This document shows positions 1 through 7,005 of a DNA stretch of 7,945 nucleotides, one piece after another. The notes beneath the pieces are model-generated. The model was given only the letters and a program-made list of their open reading frames with translations, did not search any database and was not told the origin of the DNA. Source of the stretch: Octopus sinensis. Its lineage: Eukaryota. Position 1 is the first letter of the stretch; the number at the start of each line of letters is the position of its first letter. The position numbers were made by a program, and so were the translations under genes. The DNA lies in assembly GCF_006345805.1 (NCBI RefSeq), contig NW_021828596.1:1-7945 (forward strand), written 5' to 3'.

Positions 1-88
1 GGTCGATCGTTGGTTGGACTAATTTTTCAAGGCGTTACCCCAGCATAGCCGCAGTCTAATGACTGAAATAAGTTATAGATATATAAGA
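1..88 (+). mobile_element. Degenerate 3' end of an F1 SINE, cut by the window edge
   Basis: ggtcgat...gactaa...caaggcgttaccccagcatagccgcagtctaatgactgaaataagt aligns with the F1 3' ends at 2404-2470 and 6243-6310 (ggtcga..tcgactaaaggcggtgctccagcatggccgcagtcaaatgactgaaacaagt). Confidence 0.8.
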
Positions 89-108
89 TTAAAAGTATAC
101 TATAGTAC

Positions 109-138
109 ATATATATATATATATATATAAATATATAT
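109..138. repeat. (AT)n microsatellite
   Basis: Direct reading of the sequence. Confidence 0.9.
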
Positions 139-250
139 TACAACTATAGTAAGAGAGTAAAGACAGTGGTGTGACGATAATTAACAGTGACGACAAAGTT
201 TCCCCGAGATGACGACAACGGTTGAACAGATGACGTTGGTCTGAAGCAGT

Positions 251-1064
251 GTGTCTGTGAGCGTTAGTGTGTGTGTGTACGTGTGTGCATGTGTGTGTGT
301 GTGTACGTGTTTGTGTGTGTGGTGTGTGTGTACGTGTTTGTGTGTGTGTCCGTCTGTCTGTCTTTGCGCGTGCGTGCGTGGGTTATTGTGCATGGGGGTG
401 GGGGCGTGTTTGTTTGTGTGCGTGTGTTTGTCTGTCTGTCTGTCTGTCTTTGCGTGTGTGTGCGTGGGTTTATGTGCATGGGGGTGCTATACCGCGTGCG
501 TATGTATGTGCGTGCTATGTGTGTATGTGTGTGTGCGTGTGTCTGATAGAGTGTATTTGTGAGCGCTAGTATGACTGCGTGCGTGTCTGTATGAGTGTGT
601 GAGTGTGTGTGTGTCCGTCTGTCTGTCTTTGCGTGTGTGTGTGCTTGGGTTAATGTGTATGGGGTGCTAGCAGACGTTTGTGTGTGTGCGTGTGTATGCG
701 CGCATATGTGTGTGTGTGTGTGTTAGAGTGTATTTGTGAGCGTTAATATGAACGCGTGTGTGTGTATGTATGAGTGTGTACGTGTGTGTGTATGTATGAG
801 TGTGTACGTGTGTGTGTGAGTCTGTTTGCCTGTCTGTCTTTGCGTGTGTGTGTGTGTGCACGGGCTAATGTGTATAGGGAGCGCAGCGAGCGTTTGTGTG
901 TGTGTGTGTGCGTGTGTGTGTGTGTAATGTAATCGATATGTGTGTTAAAGTGTATTTGTGAGCCTTAGTATGAGTGTGTGCGTGTGTGTGTTTGTCTGTC
1001 TGTCTTTGTGAGTGTGTGCGTGGGTCAATGTGTATGGGGCGCTATACCGCGTGCGTGTGTGTGT

Positions 1065-1103
<39 letters not shown>

Positions 1104-1327
1104 TGTTGTGTGTTGACGTGTGTATTAGTACATGTGTATGGTTTAGACATGTGGATTAGCCCGCGCTTGTGTCAGTGTGTGGGTGTGTGTTTGTGTACAT
1201 TAGTGTATGTATTATCATGTCTGTATATGTGTGCATGAGTGTATGTGTGTGCTTGCGCGTGTGTATGCGTGTGTGCGCGTGTCTGTGTTGTGTGTGTTTT
1301 TGCATGTGTTTGCGTGTGTGTGGTGTG

Positions 1328-1358
<31 letters not shown>

Positions 1359-1383
1359 TGTGTGTGTGTGGCCCGCGCACACA
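251..1383. repeat. Compound (GT)n-rich microsatellite with an embedded ~180-220 bp higher-order minisatellite and a (GA)12 run at 1079-1102
   Basis: Recurrent anchors: GTGTATTTGTGAGC (551, 728, 950; degenerate at 251), GTCTGTCTTTG (~362, 448, 627, 838, 1004) and GGG..ATGTG(C/T)AT(G/A)GGG (~380, 466, 647, 862, 1022). Confidence 0.9.
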
Positions 1384-1444
1384 CGTTTGTATGTATTACT
1401 CGCTAGTAGCGAATTAGCGGAGTTGCGATATTTCCTGACATTCC

Positions 1445-1497
1445 ACGGCCAAAGTCAGCTCTGCCTTTCATCTTTGCAGGATCGATAAAAGAAAACC
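1445..1497 (+). mobile_element. Old, diverged fragment of the F3 SINE central domain
   Basis: cggccaaagtcagctctgcctttcatctttgcaggatcgataaaa aligns with the reverse complement of 6640-6685 (ccgccgaggtcgactttgcatttcatcctttcggggtcgataaat), sharing the TTTCATC and TCGATAAA blocks in the same order and spacing. Confidence 0.6.
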
Positions 1498-1680
1498 TGA
1501 TAAGTATATCTCAAGAGAGCTTGATCAGCAGAAGGTCTTCAGAGAATAGAAACCCTACCCTGGTAGGTGCTTCGGCCCTTAATTTCTAACAATCTGATGG
1601 GCCTGGGCCGGGTGGGGGGCGAGCTGCATACAGCTCATGACTCCTGGCTAACTATTTAACCGCTTTGTTAACCATTTAAA

Positions 1681-1815
1681 CATTTCAGAATCGATGAAAA
1701 AAAACGCATTTCAGAATCGATAAAAAAAAAAAAGAAAAAGGCATTTCAGAATCGATAAAAAAAAAAAGAATTTCAAAATCAATAAAAAAAATAACATTTC
1801 AGAATAAAAAAAAAA
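1681..1815. repeat. Tandem minisatellite CATTTCAGAATCGAT-(A)n, five units
   Basis: Units start at 1681, 1707, 1742, 1769 (degenerate) and 1795 (truncated); spacing is 26-35 bp, set by poly-A length. Confidence 0.9.
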
Positions 1816-1894
1816 TGGAATTGATATAAGAAAGAAAAAAAAAGCAATAATCCAGAATAATCCACGATTATGGGATACCGTGTAATACTTGTTC

Positions 1895-1951
1895 TAGTAC
1901 TGAACCTGACTCTATGTGAACGCGCAACCAGCTGCTTACCACACCCACGCC
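1895..1951 (-). mobile_element. Degenerate tRNA-like head of an F1 SINE, minus strand
   Basis: The reverse complement ggcgtgggtgtggtaagcagctggttgcgcgttcacatagagtcaggttcagtac is colinear with the F1 head at 2078-2140 (gtggctgtgtggtaagtagcttgcttaccaacaacttggttccgggttcattcc). Confidence 0.65.
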
Positions 1952-2077
1952 TGTACACGTTCGTATTCGATACCAGGGTGTATACATATGGATGTATGTG
2001 TGTGTGTGTGTATTATTTTTATTATTTTATTGGTGACAAATAAGTTATGGATGTATGTATTTCTATATGTATATACA

Positions 2078-2480
2078 GGCGTAGGAGTGGCTGTGTGGTA
2101 AGTAGCTTGCTTACCAACAACTTGGTTCCGGGTTCATTCCCACTGCGTGGTACCTTGGGCAAGTGTCTTCTACTATAGCCTCGGGCCTACCAAAGCATTG
2201 TGAGTGGATTTGGTAGACGGAAACCGAAAGAAGCCTGTCGTATATATGTATGTATGTGAGTGTATATGTTTGTGTTGCTGTGTTTGTCCCCCATCCAACA
2301 TCGCTTGACAACCGATGCTGGTGTGTTTACGTCATCGTAACTTAGCGGTTCGGCAAAAAGGACCGATAGAATAAGTACTAGGCTTACAAAGAATAAGTCC
2401 TGGGGTCGATGTGCTCGACTAAAGGCGGTGCTCCAACATGGCCACAGTCAAATGACTGAAACCAGTAAAAGAGCAAAAGA
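2078..2480 (+). mobile_element. Full-length tRNA-derived SINE (F1) with an internal (TA/TG)n tract and a GTAAAAGA-type tail
   Basis: A-box-like TGGCTGTGTGG (2088-2098), B-box-like GGTTCATTCC (2131-2140), internal microsatellite ~2240-2285, and a 3' half closely matching 6090-6331. The tail is gtaaaagagcaaaaga. A candidate 8-bp target-site duplication TATATACA lies at 2070-2077 and 2481-2488 (low complexity). It resembles abundant Octopus SINEs, from memory. Confidence 0.9.
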
Positions 2481-2489
2481 TATATACAA

Positions 2490-2630
2490 ATACATACATA
2501 AATATATGTATGTATGTATGTATGTATGATGTACATATAAATGTGTGTGTATGCGTATGTATGTGTATGTGCGTGTATGTGTGTGTGTGTGTGCATGTGC
2601 TTGTGTGCACATGTGTGTGTATCTGTGTGT
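2490..2630. repeat. (TATG)n/(TG)n compound microsatellite
   Basis: Direct reading of the sequence. Confidence 0.9.
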
Positions 2631-2920
2631 GGGTAAGAGCAATAACGGGGATGGATACACACCAAAGGAGTAATGGAGAAGAGGAGAGCAACAGGAGGGG
2701 AAGGGGGGAGAGCGGTGATTTGGTGTAGATTAATTGCCAAGATAAGCGTGGAGTGCACGGAAGGGAGGGAGTAGAGGGAAGAGAAGGAGGAGGGGGTAGA
2801 TTCGGTGATCGGGGAGGGAGGAAGGAGAAGGGGGTAATTGCTGGGAGAAACGAAAACGCGGACGGGCAGGGGAAGGGGGGAAAGGTTAAAATTTAGGCAA
2901 CTCAAGAATAGGGTATAGAG
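2631..2920 (+). other. G/A-rich (polypurine-biased) low-complexity tract
   Basis: Many G3-G6 runs separated by A-rich linkers (e.g. 2697-2708, 2763-2797, 2811-2846, 2864-2880). Confidence 0.75.
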
Positions 2921-3640
2921 CGGTGGTGGTGGTGGTGGTGGTGGCGGTGGTGGCGGCGGCGGTGGTAGTTGTGGTGGTGGTGATGGTGGAAATGGTTGTG
3001 TTTGTGCAGATAGTGGTGGTGGTGGTGGTGGTAGTGGTGGTGGTAGTGATGGTGGTGGTGGTGGTGGTGGTAGTAGAGATTCGGTCGTGGTTGTGGTGGT
3101 GGTAGTGAAGAATCGGTCGTGGTGGTGATGGTAGTGGTGGTGGTAGTGGTGGTGGTGGTGGTGGTGGTGGTGGTGGTAGTGATTCGGTCGTGGTAGAGGT
3201 GGTGGTAGAAGAGGTTTGTTAGTGGTGGTAGTCGTTTGGTGTGGTGGCGGTGGTGGTGGCGGTGGCAATAATAGCGGTGGTAGTGGAGATAGTGGTGGTA
3301 GTGGTGGTCGTGGTGGCGATGGTACTGGAGGTTTGGTCGTCGTCACAGTCGTGACCGTGGTCGTGCGCGGTGGCGGTGGCGGTGTTGATACTCGTTTGGT
3401 AGTAGTGTTGTTGATGTTGTCGGTGGTGGTGGTGGTGGTGGTGGTGGTGGTAGTAGTTTTGGTTTTGGTGGCGGTGATGGTGGTGGTAGTAGTGGTAATG
3501 TTGGAATACAAGAGTAGTGATAAAGTTTGTAGTTGTAATGATGGTGGTTTTGGTGGTGTGGTGGTGGTGGTTGGTGGTGGTGGGTGGTGGTGGCGGTGGC
3601 GGTGATGGTGGTGGTAGTAGTGGCTGGTTGTTGTTGTTGT
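2921..3640. repeat. Imperfect (GGT)n/(GTA)n/(GGC)n trinucleotide microsatellite
   Basis: Direct reading. The interrupting motif GA(T/A)TCGGTCGTGG recurs at 3078, 3110 and 3181. Confidence 0.9.
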
Positions 3641-3874
3641 TAGAGATAACGACAAAGGCGGTGGCGCCGCCTATGGGCAGTAGAGACGAAGGCGGTGGCG
3701 GCGGATGGCAGTGACGACAATGGCGTCGGCTGTTAGAGTTTGTGACGTACGTTCAAGTCGCTAAATAGAACCATATGATATATTTATTGCTAAAACGACA
3801 GCCGTACATGCGCACGCATGTCCATGCACAGAGACACAGACATATAGATCCAGGCTTTGCAATACACACATATC

Positions 3875-4677
3875 TATGCGTATGTGTGTGTGTGTGTGTG
3901 TGCGTATCTGTGTGAGTGTGCGAGCGTGTGTCTGTGTGTGTGTTGGTGTAAGTATGTTTGTGTGTGTGTGCGTATCTGTGTGAGTGTGCGAGCGTGTGTC
4001 TGTGTGTGTGTTGGTGTAAGTATGTTTGTATGCGTGTGTGTATCTGTATCTGATTGCGTGTGCTTATGTGTGTGTGTCTGTGTATGTAGGTGTGTGTGTT
4101 TGTGTGCATCTGTCTGTATGTATGTATGTTTGTGTGTGTGAGCCTGTGTACGTATGTATGTGTGGTGTGCGCGTTTGTGCGTGTGTGTATGTGTGCGTTT
4201 GTGTGTACACGTGTGTGTTTGTTTGTATGTATGTATCTGTGTCAGTGTGTGTGTGTGTCTATATGTATGCCTAAGTAGTGTGTGTATGTGTGTATGTATG
4301 TATGTATGTATGTATGTATGTATGTATGTATGTATGTATGTATGTATGTGTGTTTGTGTGTGAGTATCTGTCTGTCTGGTATGTATGTTTGTGTGTGTGT
4401 GCGCGCCTGTGTACGTATGTATGTGTGTACTTCTGTGTGTTTGTGCGCGCGCGCCTGTGTACGTATGTATGTGTGTGCTGTGTGTGTGTGCGCGCGCCTG
4501 TGTACGTATGTATGTGTGTGCTTGTGTGTGTGTGTGTGGTGTGTGTGTGTGTTTGTGCGTGCCCACATGTGTGTATTGTATGTGTATGTATCTGTGTCAG
4601 TGTCTGTGTGTGTATCTGTGTGTCTGTGTGTACGCGTGTGTGTGTGCGTGCATGTGCGTTTGTATGTGTGTACACGT
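3875..4677. repeat. Compound (GT)n/(ATGT)n microsatellite with internal segmental duplications
   Basis: 68-bp tandem duplication at 3893-3960/3961-4028; motif GCCTGTGTACGTATGTATGTGTG at 4142, 4405, 4453 and 4496; TGTATCTGTGTCAGTGT at ~4231 and ~4587. Confidence 0.9.
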
Positions 4678-4814
4678 AATGAGCGGAAACGTACTCAGTT
4701 ACACAGTTCACGGAACTATGACGGAGTTAAAATATTTATGAAAGAGCCGAGGTTACTCGACCCTTTGGTTTCAACGCATTCATCAATTTTGAGTAGCTAC
4801 AAAGAGTAATCCGA

Positions 4815-4917
4815 GAGACACAAGTATGGCTGAGTGGTTAAGACGCTCGATTTTCAAACACGTCGTTTCGGGTTCATTTCTGGTGCGCGGTAACTTGGAC
4901 GAGTGCCTTTACTATAA
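4815..4917 (+). mobile_element. Diverged 5' head of an F1-like SINE, truncated where the F2 tail array begins
   Basis: tggctgagtggttaagacgctcgattttcaaacacgtcgtttcgggttcatttctggtgcgcggtaacttggacgagtgcctttactata is colinear with 2088-2175. A box TGGCTGAGTGG at 4827-4837; B-box-like sequence at 4871-4880. Confidence 0.75.
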
Positions 4918-4921
4918 CGGA

Positions 4922-5223
4922 TAAAGATCCCCTTCGGTTATGAATGGCCATGGGATTGAACCTAGAAAGTTACCCTCCGCCGAGGCAGAAGTATGTTGTT
5001 TATGGAAGACAAGCAGTCGCGCTTGCGTACTAGCCTCCACTCACCACGCCGTTATATGTACAGAGAGTAAAAGGCTAAAGAGCCCCTTCGGTCATGAATG
5101 ACCAAGGGTTTGAACCTAGAAAGTTACCCTCCCAGGCAGGAGTCTGTTGTTTATGGAAGACAAGCAGTCGCGCATGCATACCAGCCTCCACTCCCGCCAT
5201 TATATGTACAGAGAGTAAAAGGC
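4922..5223 (-). mobile_element. Two extra tandem copies (~150 bp each) of the F2 SINE 3' tail
   Basis: CCCCTTCGGT(T/C)ATGAATG recurs at 4929, 5083 and 5231 (periods 154 and 148). The linker TATATGTACAGAGAGTAAAAGGC precedes units 2 and 3. Confidence 0.9.
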
Positions 5224-5562
5224 TAAAGAGCCCCTTCGGTCATGAATGACCAAGGGTTTGAACCTAGGAAGTTACCCTCCCAGGCACAAGTCAGGGCAAG
5301 GTTGTTTATGGAAGACCAACAGCCATTCATGGATACCAACCTGCCTTCTCCATCCACCTCACCGATGATATTCAAGGGAACGAGAAAGGGGCCGATACAA
5401 CTTGGCATCAGTGACGTCACAACTCATTTCTACAGCTGACTGAATTGGTGCTACGTGAAATGAAGTTTCTTGCTCAAGAACACGACACACAGCCCTGTCC
5501 GGGAATCGAACTCCCTACCTCATGATTACGAGCCCGACGCTGTAACCACTGAGCCAAGCGCC
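5224..5562 (-). mobile_element. Full-length tRNA-derived SINE (F2) with a CORE-like central domain and a 3' stem-loop tail
   Basis: The minus strand begins GGCGCTTGGCTCAGTGGTTACAGCG with a good A box (5546-5556) and B box GTTCGATTCC (5502-5511). Segment 5423-5480 reads on the minus strand TTCTTGAGCAAGAAACTTCATTTCACGTAGCACCAATTCAGTCAGCTGTAGAAATGAG, similar to the MIR/CORE motif (TTGGGCAAGTCACTT...CTCATCTGTAAAATGGG). CORE-SINEs are known from octopus (OR families); the exact family assignment is unverified. Confidence 0.85.
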
Positions 5563-5755
5563 TTTTGCTATAAGCCTCTTCAATCAACGAGCAGATTGCA
5601 AACGGAGCTTCACTTCAATCCCAGGCACATTTCTGTATGAAAAATGTTTGTAAACATCCTTTGTTTGACCGAACCCGGAATTGTTCGTCATATGAATCAA
5701 CAGGACGGCATCTACGAACTTAAGTGATGGCCTTCTTCAAAAACAGAAGTGGCAA

Positions 5756-5756
<1 letters not shown>

Positions 5757-5819
<63 letters not shown>

Positions 5820-5826
5820 ACACACA
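5757..5826. repeat. Near-perfect (CA)n microsatellite followed by a (TA)-rich tract
   Basis: Uninterrupted CA from 5757 to ~5814, then imperfect; TA-rich to ~5870. Confidence 0.95.
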
Positions 5827-6089
5827 ACATATTATATATATGTATTCATATATATATATATATGTATATACAAATTGAGATAGGGGTTGTAAATGCAACC
5901 CTCCATGGGATATGTACACTTTTTTATATACATTCCTTTATGTACACTGATTTGTTCTGCTTTTTATATTTAACCCTACAGTCTCTTATGTGGTGGTTTA
6001 ATAAAGTATGTGATTGAGTATTATCTGGTAATTGATATTTGATTTAGATGTATTTCTCCATTTTCTTATCTGTATATATGTATATATAT

Positions 6090-6331
6090 ATATATGTATG
6101 TGTGGTGTTTGTGTGGTCGTGTTTGTTCCCCTAGCATTGCTTGACAAACCGATGCTGGGTGTTTACCTTCCCCGTCACTTAGCGGTTCGGCAAAAAGAGA
6201 CCGATAGAATAAGTACTGGGCTTACGAAAGAATAAGTCCCGGGGTCGAGTTGCTCGACTAAAGGCGGTGCTCCAGCATGGCCGCAGTCAAATGACTGAAA
6301 CAAGTAAAAGAGTAAAGAGTAAAAGAGTAAA
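6090..6331 (+). mobile_element. 5'-truncated F1 SINE, from the internal microsatellite to the (GAGTAAAA)n tail
   Basis: Close match to 2250-2480 (gcttgacaa..ccgatgctgg..ttagcggttcggcaaaa..gaccgatagaataagtact..ggggtcga..tcgactaaaggcggtgctcca); tail gtaaaagagtaaagagtaaaagagtaaa. Confidence 0.9.
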
Positions 6332-6379
6332 TATTGTTGTGCATAAGACAGTCATCGATATTATTCGTTTTGTTTCTAA

Positions 6380-6537
6380 TCTAGGCACAAGGCACGAAAT
6401 TTTTGGGGGGAGGGAGTAGTTGATTGGATCGACCCAAGTACGCAACTGGTACTTAATTTATCGACCCCCGAAAGGATGAAATGCAAAGTCGACCTCGGCG
6501 GAATTTGAACTCAGAACGTAAAGACGGACGAAATACC
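6380..6537 (-). mobile_element. F3 SINE unit lacking its A-box region, with an alternative 3' end (second unit of a dimer)
   Basis: B box GAGTTCAAATTCC on the minus strand at 6500-6512; 6444-6537 is identical to 6629-6721 except for one extra C. Confidence 0.85.
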
Positions 6538-6740
6538 TATTTCTTTATTACCCACAAGGGGTTAAACACAGAAGGGACAAACAAGGACAGACATAGGTAT
6601 TAAGTCGATTACATCGACCCCAGTGCGTAACTGGTACTTAATTTATCGACCCCGAAAGGATGAAATGCAAAGTCGACCTCGGCGGAATTTGAACTCAGAA
6701 CGTAAAGACGGACGAAATACCGCTAAGCATTTCGTCCGGC
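6538..6740 (-). mobile_element. F3 tRNA-derived SINE, slightly 5'-truncated (first unit of a dimer)
   Basis: Minus-strand B box at 6684-6696, central TTTCATCCTTTCGGGGTCGATAAATTAAGTACCAG block, hairpin GTCGAT-TAC-ATCGAC at 6604-6618, and a distinct tail (6538-6600). Confidence 0.85.
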
Positions 6741-6878
6741 GATCATATCAATATTATTAACACACGCACTGGTTCAATTTTACTCTTGCATCAGTAGTCT
6801 TATCCAGTGATTCTAAAAGTAGGCGGTATTGAGCCCCTGGAGGTGGTGGAAAATTCCAAGGGGGCGTTGAATAAAAGT

Positions 6879-7005
6879 GGGTTGGTATGCATGGGTGACT
6901 GCTGGTCTTCTATAAACAGCCTTGTTTGCACACGTGCCTCAGCGGGAAACTTTCTAGGTTCAATCCCAGAGTCATTCATGACCGAAAGGGGTCTTTTACC
7001 CTTTT
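6879..7005 (+). mobile_element. 3' tail fragment of F2 (or of its partner LINE), plus strand
   Basis: ggttggtatgcatgggtgactgctggtcttctataaacagccttg...aactttctaggttcaatcccagagtcattcatgaccgaaaggggtctttta matches the reverse complement of 5224-5345. Confidence 0.85.

Noticed and set aside
181-1488. Many short ORFs of alternating Cys-Val or His-Thr
   Set aside because: These are standard readings of (GT)n/(CA)n repeats; the same applies to the ORFs at 3753-4809 and 7146-7891.
1500-1545. Hammerhead ribozyme core (CTGAAGA on the minus strand near 1530)
   Set aside because: No properly placed stem II plus GAAA, or closing stems, could be found.
1681-1815. CRISPR-like array
   Set aside because: The spacers are just poly-A runs, the context is eukaryotic, and there are no cas genes. 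The same reasoning applies to 7237-7800.
2384-3655. 423-aa minus-strand ORF rich in Thr/Pro/His (mucin- or extensin-like appearance)
   Set aside because: It is the translation of (ACC)n, a pyrimidine tract and (CA)n, and it ends inside a SINE. This composition rarely generates stop codons, so length is uninformative, and there is no recognisable domain.
5223-5439. 65-aa ORFs at 5223-5420(-) and 5242-5439(+), and the 78-aa ORF at 6807-7043(+)
   Set aside because: They lie within or largely overlap F2 SINE sequence; their mutual peptide similarity only reflects the shared repeat.
5488-5562. tRNA gene on the minus strand
   Set aside because: The A and B boxes are good, but no matching acceptor stem 3' strand follows and the sequence runs straight into a SINE body, so it is a SINE head.
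5580-5756. Possible coding exon in the unique segment (about 50 open codons on the minus strand after a TTTTGAAG acceptor)
   Set aside because: No convincing donor site and no recognisable protein similarity; an open frame this short is expected by chance.
5884-5901. Hairpin GGGTTG-TAAATG-CAACCC
   Set aside because: A single 6-bp stem is expected by chance in 8 kb and has no supporting context.
4815-6331. F1 head (4815-4917) and F1 3' half (6090-6331) as one element split by insertions
   Set aside because: The head is much more diverged than the 3' half, and the ~70-bp middle part is missing. The possible CTATAA duplication (4912-4917/5568-5573) is too short and offset to trust.
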